Source: Podarcis bocagei (taxonomy: Eukaryota). From it: 64,000 nucleotides of DNA. Position 1 is the first letter of the stretch. Every line of letters begins with the position of its first letter. The position numbers and the translations under genes were made by a program. The stretch lies in NCBI GenBank assembly GCA_964188305.1, contig OZ076885.1; one strand, 5' to 3'. This document shows, one piece after another, positions 35,870 to 48,947 of this stretch. Below the pieces are notes generated by a model, which searched no databases, had not been told where the DNA came from, and worked only from the letters and a program-made list of their open reading frames with translations.

Positions 35870-38800
35870 CTACATCAGGAGACAAGAAAGAGGGGGGCCA
35901 ACAAATAAACTCACATGGACAAGAGGGGAGCAAGCCCCCCTCTTGAATACTTAAGGCTACAATTGCTGTATCAGAAGCACTTTGTATCAGAAGCATCTAC
36001 ACATACCTGCAGGGTACAACCATATTCTTTATACCAGGGGTGGCTAAACTGTGGCGCCACAGACATTTGCTGGACTACAACTCACAGCATCCCTGACCAC
36101 TGGCTATGCTAACTGACACTGATGGAGGTTGGAGTCCAATGACATTTGGAGGCCACAGGATAGTCACTTCAACTCCATACGCTATCCTGCATCTTCTCCA
36201 CCCTGACCAATGGAGTCAGAATGTGACTTATGAAGGAAGATTAATGACTTCCCTAATGTTAGGCATCCAGAGCAGTCAAGCACATGATGACTGCTGGCTG
36301 GCTGGCTTAATAAACACAGACATTTTTGCAGTTAAGAGATTGAAGAGGAAAAGATTATAAACTCTCTCATAATTACTGTCAATACATGTTCCTGAACAGT
36401 GGGAAGACTCTGGTGCTAAAACAAGTTTGCTTAAATAAGTATAATCTTACATGATCTTGCTTCAGTCTTCAGAATCTTGATGAGGCGGTCAGAAAAAACT
36501 ACTTGGACTTTAAGCTCCTGGCATTTATTGTAAGAATTGCCAGGTTATGTTGATTTGCTCTGGAGATACAGAAGGAGCTGGACCCCCATCCTGGCACTGC
36601 AAAGTGCAACTGTCCCTGGTTCTGCAGCACAACACCAACCTGCACCCCACCCCTATCAGGAGATCCCAAGAAACTTCTAAGGTGTCTACCTTGGATTATC
36701 AGAAAGGCGGAGGTAACAACGGACCACATGTTTCAGCAGCCTGGCAGAAGGCTCCTTGGAAAGCTGCAGGACCATTTTACCCTGGTTTAAAAACAGAGAA
36801 TTTAGAACAAGGACATTTGCTGGTTAAGTATGTGTAACAGCATTTGTTCACGTTTATCCCTTGTTACCTTTTGCTACTCCTCATCCCCACCCTAGTTTAA
36901 TTTACATTGCGAAGTATAAGCTCCTAAAAAGCAAGGCAAATGTCTGGAAAGCTAATTCTGTCTCTAATATGTCTCACCCCACAAAACACTGTCAAGCATT
37001 AGCAGTGACTTGCTCCTCAGGTGTTGGAGAACCAATCTCCTCAAAAATGGGAGTGCTTTCACACAGCCATAACACCATGAATTGTGTTGCTATGTAATGC
37101 TCTGGCATATTTCTTCCTTGAGATTAGAAGTATGAAGAGGTGGCCCTGTTATGATTAGACGTGACTACTACAAAGATCCAAATTACATTCACTACACTTT
37201 CCACCAAAGAGCATTTAGCTCCTCTAAATGCAGGAGCAATGCTGAGTTACCAAGCCCTTTACAATCAAAGCCACATACCAATATCATTGCAACGTGAGAA
37301 AATCGTTCGTAAGTCTGACAGATATAAGCCAACCCCGTATCATCCAATAAGATCTTTTGTAGAATAAAAGTAGCAACCTGAAAGACAGAAAAGAATAGGG
37401 TTGAACAAACGCTTGAATTGCAGACTGTGCAGGATTAGGGTGGGATGTCGTATTACCAAAAACTCGGGAGAAGACCTATGAGAAGAGATTTTGCCCACTA
37501 TGAAACCAAATAAAAACCTCATATAGCACTGACAAGAGGAGAAGCAGGTAATGAAATTATCTATCTTGGTGCTAGCAACTAAAATTTTATTGATCCTGTT
37601 GACCAGAGGAAGAAACCTGCTTAAGTTTTGCAGACAAATGGTGGCAGGTTGGTGGCTAGATAAAATTAATAACCTAATGAAGAGTGACAGATGCATAAAG
37701 GTGTGACTAGGAATAAACTGACTCGTGAGTGTGACATAAAAGATGCTAAGGATCTTGAGAAGCACACAGGCACCACCTGCAGGCTTCTCAAATAACTGAT
37801 ACTGGGACGGCACTTACACAATAATAGATCCTTTTCATACAGTTGCTGGAAAAAGTACAGCAGAGTTGCAGCAAGAAATGAGTACAAAAGCACCTCGGGT
37901 GAGAAACTGCACAAAAAGAGAATAAATGTCCTATCCAGCTTTCCTCTCATAATAGTGTTTTGAAAGAGGCAGCCAATCATGACAATTTGAAGTGGGTACA
38001 TCTGCAATCACTCCTCAGAGAGAAACAGCCAGCTAACCTCAGATGGAGAAGTCTGCTGCATGCAGGAACATGATGCATTGGAAAGTAAAGAGAAAACAGT
38101 CAAGAAACTAGAACCACTTCATTACACTAAAAGCAATACCGTTTTGGAAAGTTCGCTGCCAGACTCCATGATGCGTAAGCACAAAGGGATAATTTCCGTT
38201 GTCAGTAAGAAGTTGATTACTTCTTGCTCATCTGTCTTCACCAGGGCCCCTTTGAAATATAAGCAAAAAAACCCAAACTGCTTCATATAACTTTGCAAAG
38301 GCCTAACAGAAACATGCATATAGGAAACAACCAGGGCTAACAGAAAATCAGTGCAGTCTGGAGAAGAAGTGGGAAATTACTGGATAAGAACATGGTTGAG
38401 CTCCCAAGAACCCAGGAGCAAATACTAAGGATTATTATTTTATTGAAGCAGCAGCCTTTTAACCTTTCCTCCACCAATCACAAATTCCTCCTTTAGCCAA
38501 TGAAATATCTAAAGCCTTTTACACTCTTACCTATAGAACAGCAATTCCATCTGTCATGCTTGCCAAGGCAAGTACAGCACTACCTTGTGACAAGTATGAC
38601 AAGCAGCCAGTCATGCTTTCCATTGTGAAGCTGCAGCGGCGGGCAGAGATTGCTCTGACAGTTGTGCTGTGATCTCTGCCTTCTCTCCAGCTCCAAGGTT
38701 CAGAGGAAAGGTGAGAGTTGTTGGACAGTGGCATGGCTGAATGTTACTGCTGCAAGATGCTCTGTGCATCTTACAACTGTGGTATCCAACTGGCTGCTCT

Positions 38801-41800
38801 TCTTACTGGTGCTCCACTCACAAAAGACAGATGGGGGGGGGCACTGTTCTGCAATGGTGCTAGGATGCTTTTAAGCAGTGGTACTCAAGCCAGAATACTC
38901 TCCTTGCACCGTTTGTGTGGTTTACCAGGGTAGGATGGGTGTGAGGGAGGTTGGCAACTACAAGTTTTGGATTGTCCAGCAAAGTTAATCATGAAGACCA
39001 GTGAACATAATACATTCAACTTTTTTAACTCATTGGGTTCAATCACCCAAAGAGATGCTGCTATGATCTTAATAGAGCTGCTAGCCCTGTCAGCTGGCTA
39101 GGAGCCCATGTAGCTGCTTCTGCATTGGCTGGCTATGTGGCTTCTCAATGCCAATAAAAAGGCAGCTTGTTGCATGCTGCACCAAATAAAGCTTCCTGAA
39201 AAATTTCTGATGAGGTTACAATACACAGTTGCAAGTACTAACCATTACATCTATGAGCACACTGAAGTTGTGTGCAGTATTTGATTGGATAGATAGGATG
39301 TGCATCAGTAATGATCCCTTCAGTGTTCTAGGATCCCCAGCCCTGCTATTTCCATCTTTCCTTAAGGTAATTTGGGAGAATGAGACTGGAAATTTGTCAT
39401 TCATCCGAGGATCACAGGGTGATTTACAATATAAAAACACAAATATACATAACTTTGAATTGGGCCCAGGACTGGTGTACTTCCCAGAATCCCAGATGTT
39501 AACAACAGTAAAGAGGAACAACATGGAAATTATTTCTAGAAATGAGAGTCTGCTACATGATTCTCTATTTCTCTGGAATGTTAGAATTCCCTCTTTTACA
39601 ATGCATGGCTAAGTCTCAGAAGAGTTCAAATCAGATCAAAACCCTTTTCTGACCTACAAACTGATGAGGACCTACCATTCCCAGCATCACAGTCACTTAC
39701 CAATTACTCCAAGACTTGTGAGTCGTAGGTACTCGAAGGGTCGAGTCTTGCTGACAGTGTGCAAGAAGGGATACAAGAAGAGAGGGATGTGAGCAGCAAG
39801 GAAGGCTGATCTAGACAAAGGAAGAAAAAAGCATTTAGAATGTGTCTTTTGGATATTTGCTTACACAGAGTTACTTTGTGAAGGCTAGGGAACTGAATTA
39901 GGACCTCACCTTTAGAAAGAGAAGAAATATGAGGAAATATGCCTGTAAAACTAGTTTTCTTACTGACAAACTGACCAGTAAGACAGGCAGCTTGACTGTT
40001 TTATTCACTGAGTTGGCTCAAGTCACTAATGCACTCTAAAAACAGTGTAAAAACTAGCAAGTTACAGATACCATGTGCTTCTAATGTATGGTGTGGATGT
40101 GACTGAGAATATAGTTCTGTTGACATACAGAGCCCTGCAGATAAAGAGGCTTGGCGGCAGCATATTTTCTCTAGTCTGGGCATATACCACACTAACCAAA
40201 AGTTATTTTTTCCAGAGATCCAATACACTCGAGTATATTAACCTTGTTTCTGGATGCGATGCAACACACTGCAGAAGTGCCAGAGCATTGCAGACTCTGT
40301 TGGACTGATGAGCTGTCAAAGTTGGTGGATTTATAGATGGATAGATATTTACAATTTCCTATGAAAGAAAGAAAACAGGAAATATTTGTGTGAAAATTTT
40401 TCCACACATTTAAGCACGCCAATATTCAGAGTCAAAATCCTCCCACTAATTACTTGTGATTGATTAATGTCTCAGTTTGATAGAATTTCTGCCCCTACAC
40501 TAAGAGCACAGAGCTAGCTACAAAAGCTGTAACATATCAGACAGGAACTAAAATACGATAAGATGTCCTTACTTGGGTGGCTCAAGTTCTTCATTGCCAT
40601 CTTCTATTGTTCCAAACTTTTATTAGGTCAAGAGACAGAATTTCAAAACCCTCAGTATCTCAAGACTTTCAGAAAGACATCTAGCAGATTGCTTGCAAGA
40701 GTCTAGCAAGCTATTTCAGTTAAAAGTAACATGCTACCCACCTGTAAGAGAGCTGCAATTGTACCAAAAGAGTGCCACAACATTGGTGCGAGATCAGGGA
40801 CAGACTCTCGCTTTTTACTCAGCTCCAACAGTGCATTCTCACGAGTCTCTGGGCTGGAAAGCTCATTGATCCACTGATAAATCTTCTCTCGATCAACCTG
40901 AGCCAGTGCCGTTGGCACAGGCTTTAAAGGAAGACAAAGGGTTCAAGTCAAGGCCTTTGGTCCCAAGTCAAATCAGTCTAAACAGTAATGCAACCTTGTA
41001 CAAAACTTGAAGGGTGATCAGGAGTGATTAGTAGACACTTCCAGGTAAACATAGTTGAGATTAAGTCCCACATATTTTAGTGGGACTTGCTTCTAGCCAA
41101 GGCACAGTAACAGCACAGGGGAAGGAATATGTCACAGCGGGGGGGGGGGGGGGAAGTTGCCGGATGATAGTTCCATTGGTTTGTGTGTACTCACTGCAGC
41201 TGTGCAATCATTTTACCATACTGCAGCAGCTGAATTATTAAAATCATCACTGTTAAATATAATAATAAATAAGTAAACAAAGTCATTTGGGCACCAAACA
41301 AAAATAATATAGCACTTTAAAAATGACTATCAACAAAACTGGTTAATACAGCACAAAAGGCTACAAATCCATGACAACAAAAACAAAGCAGAGAATCAAT
41401 ACCAATTCAACTTCAGCAACTATCATAAAGCAGCGGAGCATAAAAGCCTTCCATGCTCAAGATCTTGAGATATAGTCCCTCTCTCATAGCCACCACTCTT
41501 TATCTCAGTCTGCTCCAGATTAATTAATCCAAAACACTTCTGTGTATGGCTCTGCCTCTGCCCATTGCTGCTGATACTTCTCACTCCCTCAATACCTGAC
41601 AGAAAAATGGTTGCCCACTCCTGCTTCAGGGGGGTGCAAAGTGATGATTAAAGTTAATAAATGAAATAGTCCTCTACTACTGCATCCAATGAGGAGGAGT
41701 AGTCCAAAGCATTGCACACTTTTTCATCAGCTGTGCAAAAAACCCCTTGTTCAAAACTCTAGGGCTGCTCCACAGCAAATGAATCCTCAGTGCTTTGTGT

Positions 41801-44714
41801 CTGCTTTGTTAACACATTCCTTCTATTATGGGACTCTGCTTTCTTTTGGGACTTTATTAAAGGCCCAACATCTCTTACCCAGAAAACTATTAGTGAAATA
41901 ATTGTGTTTGAAATGGCTCATAGCGTCACCATGTTGAACAGTTGGCTCCAGTCACAGAACAATAGATTCAGGGACAAATACAGGAGTGGAAAGTTGCAGG
42001 AAAGAAAGGCTGATAACACCCCATGATCCAACTGTGGCATTTCAACATGAAGATCAGAGCCTGAAAATATGCTTTATCTGAGCAGCAGCATAAGAGACGA
42101 GCTTATCTTTCCATTACTTACAGAAATTCAGGCAACCACAGTAATAAAAAATTGAATATAAGCGACCTTTTTCAGGATAATTGCTACAGTATTGCTTTTG
42201 TAAGCTAGACATTTCTAGTCACTTACTATTTCACTTGCCTTAAAGCATATGAAGGTACTTTGCAAAGGAAATTATTTTTATAGCCCTTCAAGAGGCCTCA
42301 TTTCATAATTACCTTCATGGTAAATGGAAAGATCTTTAAAATCATTTTTCCAGTGACAGATGCTGTAGTGGTGTGCCTACCCTATCCACAGTTCCAGAAC
42401 TTCAGCATGAATTTGATAAAAATAAATGCACTAATTAGACTAAAGTCTGCTATTAAGACTGCCAAGACCTGAAAAAGTCAAGTGTTCACATCTGAAGTAG
42501 CAGATCCACTTAAAACTACAGTAAGTATAATACAAGTAAGAAAATGCCTAAATATTATGTCAGACAGAAGTACTGCTTGTTAGTGGAGCTAGCACAAATT
42601 CTGTTTCACCTGAGTGAACTGTCAAAGACCAAAACTAGGTGAGACAGAGCTGCCACAAAAATCAGCAAACCTGTGTGAAGTTCTCTCTACCCTCCTACAT
42701 AACATGATCAGCGATATGTATTGCAATATTATTCTATCCAAAGTTAGTCACACTCAGGACAGACACATTAAGGTTAGTGGACATGGCTAACTTAGGCTCA
42801 TAATTTTCAGTGGGTCTACTGAGTAGAACGTAGCTGGATACAATTCATTACATGTTTATTATTTCATTAATTTTATTTATTTAATTTCTATACTGTATTT
42901 CAATTTCTGTACAATATAGAAAAGATAAGGAGGGTTTTAAGATGAAACTGCAGTTTTTAAAAGCAATTCCATGTTTTTCGTTATGTACAGTTTCACCCAA
43001 AGTTTATATAGTGTTTACTATATATGTTGAAAGCTGCCTAGACTGGCTGGGACAACCCAGTCAGATGGGCAGGGCACAACTAATTAAATTGGTATTATTA
43101 TTATTATTACTACTGCTGGTGATTTTTACTGGGCAAAACCCATAAATACGTACTGAGCCAGAAGAGACAAACTACCTAAGTCAGCCTAGCAAAATAAATC
43201 AAGATATTTACATATCTCTACTTAGCAAGCAGCCTTAGAGTATTAAACTCAAAGCATACAAGCAAGTGCTCAAACTAAATCATTCTGGATTCATTCCCCT
43301 ACTGGTGTCTAGAAAGGAAACGTTGCATGGCAAGTCCTGTGAAGATGCTGCAAAGGGGTACCTAGTTCTCTAATATGGGGTTTTAAAAAAACTTATTGAT
43401 AATTGCAATACTTACAAACACAAACCAGAACACTAAACAAACTTACTATACATAGATACATACAGCTCTCAACATAGATTACAAAAAAGAAAACAAACAT
43501 ACAAACTAAACATACAGACATAAATCTTGACTTCCCTCCACCTATGTTGCTTCCTTTGTTTCTTTTCTTCTTTTCGATGTTATCAGTATTATTTTTGACT
43601 ATCTCATCTTATACCCATTTCTTCTTAATTTTTTACTCTGTAAGTTTCATCCATTGCATATTGATATATTAATACCAGAACAATGTTTTCCTTCACACAA
43701 GTCCACTCCTCTATCAGTTTTTGGTTTGATTGGCCTCTTACCACTGCTCTAAGTCTTGCTGAGTCTATATGTTCACAAAATCTTATTTGCCATTCTCTTA
43801 TTGAGGGAGTTTTTCTCCCTTTCAATTTTTTGCTATAATCATTCTGGTTGCAGCAGTTGCATATAAGAAAACTTTTTTCCTGGTGGCAGGAATGTCAGTC
43901 AATATAATTCCCAAGAGGTACACCACTAACTCCACTAACCAAGTTATTTTACTTCCCGTTATCATCACCACTTGTCTCATTACAAGCAACGCACATGAGC
44001 CATGCCACTGTTAAATCAAAACATGAATGTCCTACGTGGAATTTTTGCATTTTAAGGCTGCAATCGTAAACACAGAGAGAAAAATCGAATTCAACTCAGT
44101 GTGGGGGTTACTTTCACGCTAGCGCGGTTATAAATGGACTTCCCAGACAACAGATTAAAGAGAAGTAAACCTGTTTTGTGGCGGCACATTATTGCAGACG
44201 TGAAACTCTAGAAGAGAGAAGCAAGCCTTGTTGAGAGGCGCTTGAATGAGAGTGGTCGGGGTGCGCCTGTCAGGATACGTGTCTGTCTATATGCATCTGC
44301 ATCCAGCCTCTCGAGCCACTTTTTTATCCAGCAGCATTGAGCCATGGGCAATTAGGAACCCGCATAGATTAGCATATGGAAAATGCACACAAGTGACGCC
44401 TGGCTCATGCACAAGCACCTGAAGGGAGAAGCCTGCGGAGAAGCTCCCTTTGCCTCCCCTTAGAGGACAGCAAAGGCCGCCGCCTCGCGCAGGAGGAAAG
44501 GCCGTTAGGAGACGCCCGTTCCTTAGGAGGGCAATTTGGCGGGAAAATAGAGCCCCGCCGTTCTGTGCCCCCCTCCCCATATCTCTCCGACCAATGAGGA
44601 GAGAGAGAGGGAGAGAGAAGGGGGAGGGTGCCTCTCACGCTTCTCAGCCAAGGCCCTCGTCGCCCTGCGTGGAAACGGCAAGCGACTTACCGCGGCCGTT
44701 GCCAAACTGTGCAT
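35701..44714 (-). CDS. CNOT9: CCR4-NOT subunit 9 (RQCD1/CAF40), complete 299 aa. complement(join(35701..35869,36690..36781,37279..37377,38140..38249,39701..39810,40243..40358,40742..40921,44691..44714))
   Basis: Eight GT-AG-bounded exons sum to 900 nt. Translation [29 protein letters not shown]...[10 protein letters not shown] is essentially the vertebrate CNOT9 sequence. Confidence 0.98.
36690..36781 (-). CDS. CNOT9: CNOT9 exon 7 ([31 protein letters not shown])
   Basis: cag / GTAGAC, 92 nt. Confidence 0.96.
37279..37377 (-). CDS. CNOT9: CNOT9 exon 6 ([33 protein letters not shown])
   Basis: cag / GTATGT, 99 nt. Confidence 0.96.
38140..38249 (-). CDS. CNOT9: CNOT9 exon 5 ([36 protein letters not shown])
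   Basis: aag / GTATTG, 110 nt. Confidence 0.96.
39701..39810 (-). CDS. CNOT9: CNOT9 exon 4 ([36 protein letters not shown])
   Basis: tag / GTAAGT, 110 nt. Confidence 0.96.
40243..40358 (-). CDS. CNOT9: CNOT9 exon 3 ([39 protein letters not shown])
   Basis: tag / GTTAAT, 116 nt. Confidence 0.96.
40742..40921 (-). CDS. CNOT9: CNOT9 exon 2 ([22 protein letters not shown])
   Basis: aag / GTGGGT, 180 nt. Confidence 0.96.
43385..43917 (-). mobile_element. Degenerate L1-type LINE 3' fragment in CNOT9 intron 1
   Basis: Remnant ORF2 C-terminus ([26 protein letters not shown]). Confidence 0.65.
44691..44714 (-). CDS. CNOT9: CNOT9 coding part of exon 1 (MHSLATAA)
   Basis: accATGC start, GTAAGT donor, inside the CpG island. 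Confidence 0.95.
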
Positions 44715-45249
44715 GGTCGGAACTTCTGCGCGAAGTAGAGCTCAGGAGGCCTCTTCTACTTCAGCCGCCGCCATCATGGATCGAAGCAGAGGTCGCCGCC
44801 TCTTCCTCCTCCTCCTCCTGGCTCTGTCGCCGCCGCTGCTGCTGCTACCGCCGCGACCTCTGACCTCTCTCTGGGCCTCAGCGGTAGGCCCAAGGAGACT
44901 GGCCGGGCGCATGCGCCATGCTATCTTTAAGCGAACTAAAAAAAACAAAACACGAGTTTGCGCGTGCGCAGAAGTTACGAGCGTCGTCGTCACTTCTCGA
45001 GTAAAAGTTGCTTCTTTCGCTAAGGCTTGTCGACGGCGGAGAAAGCCAGCCAGCCGTCGCCGTGATGACGTAGGGATTCCCCCCTCGTCGCTCCTGTTCC
45101 TCCCCCCTCCTCCCGTCGCGCAGTTGTTGTTTTTTTCTTTTTGCGTGCTGCGTGCTTGCGTCAGGCGGACCGTGGCGCGGCTGATCTGGTTCCCGCCATC
45201 TGCCCTTTCCACTAAGCTAAGAGGAGGCCGGGCCGCGGTGGGTTGAGCC

Positions 45250-45441
45250 AGGCCAGGCCGGCGCCGGGGCTAAAGTGGAGAATAACCCCGAAGTAGGAAG
45301 GAAGGAAGCGGCGGCGGCAGCAGCAGCAGCAGCAGCAGGGAGACAACGTCCAGGCCGGGACTGGTCTGTGAGGAAGCGGGAGGTGGAAGGGAAAGCCGCC
45401 ACCCGCCCGCCATCGCCGGTGAGTGCGCCCGGGCAGAGGCG
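45250..45441 (+). other. USP37: Putative non-coding first exon of USP37 (start approximate) with two GTGAGT donors at 45419 and 45442
   Basis: GC-rich leader with (GGC)n(AGC)n followed by two consensus donors; TSS is not determinable from sequence. Confidence 0.6.
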
Positions 45442-47089
45442 GTGAGTCTTGGGGCTTCCTCGGAGCGGCTGACTGCGGGCGAGGGCACGAGGGAGCCCCA
45501 TTGGTACTCGCGGAGCAGGGAAGGGTCGGGGGCGGCTGTGCGTGGGCGGCGGCCGGTCGGCCGTGGAGGCGGAGGTGGGGTCTCCGTAGCTGCTGAGGGG
45601 GGGGGGGTCGTTGCGCCTCAGCGTCTCTCTCTCTCTCTCCCCCGCGCCCTTGACCTTAGCCTGGCCCCTTTCGCTTCCTCAGGCCCAGCCGGCTGGCCGC
45701 TCTCCGACTACGGTGCGGCTGCTCCAAAGCTGACCCTCGGCCCTCCTCCCTCTGTTGCCTTCCCCCCGCTGGTTTAGCTGCCTCTCCCAGGCGTACCCAA
45801 GGCCCCAAGACGTAGCGGCCGGTCGGGTAGCCAGCTAGCCAGATTACTAGCTTTGCCCCAGGCAGCACGTAGAGATAGGACGAGAGCTTCTCGTGAGGAA
45901 TTTCTGCCTGCCGGGCTGTTCGCAAACACGACAAAGGTTAAAAACAACGCAGCGTCGGCAACTAGCGCCGTCCTCTTCTTCGGTTGCTTTCCCGCTCCTG
46001 CTCTGTTCCTCCTGGGATTGTTCACGTCTCCCTTCTGAATTGTAGACTTGGCTGGTTTTAACTTTGTCCCGCTGATCAGAAATTTACTTGCAAGGGTCCA
46101 GCAGCCACTTTCCAAGTCAGTGTACCAGATGCTGTACAGTATTCAGGTGACTGGGTTCCTGCTTGCTTTTCAGTGAAAGCATTCACAAATGCAACAAAGT
46201 TTGGTTAGGAAATGATAGTAGGGGCACAGATCTCCATTAGGGCTCCACCATGTCTTTCACCACCGTTTCTTTGTTTGCCTTGAACTCTTTGCTGAGGTGA
46301 TATATGTGTTGAAAATCCACCCAACATTCTTTACTGTTGCCCTTGCATGTACACTGTTTGCCCTAAACAGTTGTTGTAGATTATGATCTGTATGGAACAA
46401 GTGGTTCCTATTTTGTGGAAATAGGCCGGGCTGAAAACTTCAATGTCTCTTGTACCTGTTAAAATAATGGATTGTAATGCTGTTATATTTAGAACATTAA
46501 GGCTCCTGATTGGCTTTTTGAATGCTGTGGAGTGTAGGCACTTTTTGTGGATAGTTCTAGTGCATTTAAGGATTTACACTCCATTTTTTTTCGGTATGTG
46601 CTCACTTATTGTGCAATTTTGTACATGCCTGCTCTGAAGTACCATAAGTCCCACTGAATTCAGTGATGCTTACTCCTAAGTAAGGATTGCAGCTTTAATT
46701 TTTCATTTTTATTTGTTAAATACACATATCAGGTTTTATGGTTCCAGAAGGCTCTCAAAGTAACTTGCAGAATTTACAATTAAATAAAATGCTAAAGAAA
46801 CAGCTGTTTATAGTACATGCTGATATACTCAAATTCTAATAATGAACCAGACAAGCAAGAAGACAGGACTTGGTACATGTTCCCTTAACATATTTTCACT
46901 GAACTTTATGTAGTTGGGTTTCAACTTGGGTGACTAAACATCTGGAAGTTGTCTCCCCCCCCCCGAAATTGGGGATACACCCCTAACTTTTAGGGAACTG
47001 TCATCATTGAATTTTAAAACATTAATGGTATTTATAGGGCAGTCACATTTGTGCAACAAGGAATCAGTTCAGTTTTTGCAGCTTGAGAG

Positions 47090-48340
47090 CATGCAGTGGT
47101 TTTAACCACCATGGCGTGTGGCTAACAAGAGCTAGTAGGGAGTGGTGAATGCATCATTGCATCAGGAGAAATTTCCCACTGCCTTGAAGGATGCAATGTT
47201 ATGAGCCGTGTAAAAGCCCTCTCTGGACTCCTTGTCAGTCACAAACCTTTTTGGGCAAGATGCCTGAGAGGGGGGTGGCCGCTCAGCTGCAAATGCTCAT
47301 GAAAGAGACTGGTTATCTTGATCACTTTTAGTCTTGTTTCAGACCTGTTTGGGACTAAAATTGCTTTGGTCACCCTGATAGATTACCTCTCGAAGTGAGG
47401 CAGAGTAGTGGGACCTTGTTGAGTCTGCTGGATTTCTCAGTGGCTTTGGTTTAGTGGAGGATATGATTTTGCACTGGTTGTACTTCAATTTATGGGACAG
47501 TACTAGAGAGGTGCAGTGTTAGAAACTAAGATATGAAAGCCAGGAGCTAAATGGCACCTTAAACCTAGGTTATGGGCGCAACAACAGTATGTCAGGCGAG
47601 CTTTTTTAAAAACAAGAAAACAAAGCTGAAAATGAATGAACTGCAGCTAAAATATTATGTTCATTTTTCACATGGTCTTGTCCTTCCCCTGCCCACCCAC
47701 TAATTATTAGCGTGTCTCTTCTCCAGTCTTCAGAGAGTAGCTGGAAGTGGGGAGGCAGAAAAAGTTCCTCCTTTCCTTCCACTCTGCAGTTTTAATCTGA
47801 AATCTTAGGCACAGTGCTGTGCCCAGAGCTCAGAAACTGCTCACACCAATGAAATTTCCTGTTGCAAAATGCGCCTAGAACAATGGGAGTTTCGAACACT
47901 GGAGGGGTGGTATTGCAATACGTTGCTCATCCGCATGGAAGTTAATCCATGGAGTTCTTCAGGAAATTTAGTGCCACCAATATGTGGATGACTTTGAGCT
48001 TTACTTACATTAGTCAGTTGGGGTTGCAAGTTCTGGACCCATTGCCTGTAATGGACTGGGTGAGGGCAAACTGAATTGAAGTTGAATCCTGCTAAGACAT
48101 GAGATGCTGTGGCTTGTTGGTTCCAGGAATTAGGGGAATTACCTCTTGATGGGGTTTATACTGCCCTTGAAGGAGCAGGTGCATTGACTGGGCGTACCCT
48201 GGATATAAATCTCTCACTGGAGGCACATGTATCTTCAATGGCACAGAGTGCCTTTGTTCAGCTGCAGTTGATGCAGCAAATACAACCAAAGGAGAGCTTG
48301 GCCACAGTGATTACGGTAGCAGTGTGACCTGCTGTACATG
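47090..48340 (+). mobile_element. Degenerate L2-type LINE RT remnant interrupted by a hAT MITE
   Basis: Decayed RT motifs resembling YLDPFQSGFRP..GTETALV..LLDLSAAF at about 47300-47450. Confidence 0.6.
47514..47901. mobile_element. hAT-type MITE nested in L2
   Basis: TIR CAGTGTTAGAAACT / AGTTTCGAACACTG; 8-bp flanks GAGAGGTG / GAGGGGTG. Confidence 0.75.
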
Positions 48341-48791
48341 GAAACTTGAAGAGTTCCCAAGTTTCCCTAGAAAGATGTTGGTCTGTATGCCTGTTGCATC
48401 AACTTCAGCAGTGGCTAAAATGTGGGTGGTGCTAGTAAATTGACAAGTGTTATCAAGTTTAATTCCATACTCTATTGTGTCTTTTTTTGTGTGATACCTG
48501 TTCTCAATTACCTACTTCGATTTTTAAAAAAAAGACTTAAGTAACGTAGAGCAGATTTAATAATCTCTGGGAGACCAATACTCATATTTCAAAAAGTCCA
48601 TGCACACTGAGTACATACCCTGAAATATGAGATAACAATCTGTAAAAATAATATAACTCTTTGATTTAAAACAGTTGCTTAGTTTTGAAGATGGTTATTG
48701 AGAAGCTGCTAACTTCGTTCCTTTCTTTCTAAAACAGGATTTGTGTTTAAAAGCAAACTTCATTATTTTCATAGACTAGTTGTATGAAAAC

Positions 48792-48947
48792 ATGGCTCCA
48801 CTGAAATTACGTGGGACTATTCGCTTGCGCAGCATACAGACTGGGACTACAAAATGGAAAGAAGGGACATTCGAAATAGTTGATAAGGATAGCAAAGTGA
48901 CTCTGGCGGTTCACTACAATGCTGGAGGAATGCCAAAGATTTTTCAG
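48792..48947 (+). CDS. USP37: USP37 first coding exon (MAPLKLRGTIRLRS..PKIFQ)
   Basis: aacATGG start; acceptors at 48737 or 48774; GTACCT donor. Confidence 0.94.

Larger units (their letters stand above)
44400..46010. promoter_or_regulatory. CpG island / bidirectional promoter shared by CNOT9 (-) and USP37 (+)
   Basis: Dense CpG between divergent first exons. NRF1-type GCGCATGCGC 44907-44916 and TGCGCGTGCGCA 44959-44970; CRE-like ATGACGTA 45065-45072; E2F-type TTTGGCGGGAAAA 44535-44547 and TTCCCGCC 45190-45197. Confidence 0.9.

Noticed and set aside
37340-38007. 157-aa and 113-aa minus-strand ORFs in a CNOT9 intron
   Set aside because: No recognisable protein; the CNOT9 exon chain is already complete at 299 aa.
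44287-46115. Many long overlapping ORFs (e.g. 44713..45246 +, 44742..45212 -)
   Set aside because: Expected in a GC-rich CpG island with few stop codons; low-complexity translations. Only the ATG-initiated tail of 44742..45212 was kept, as a uORF.
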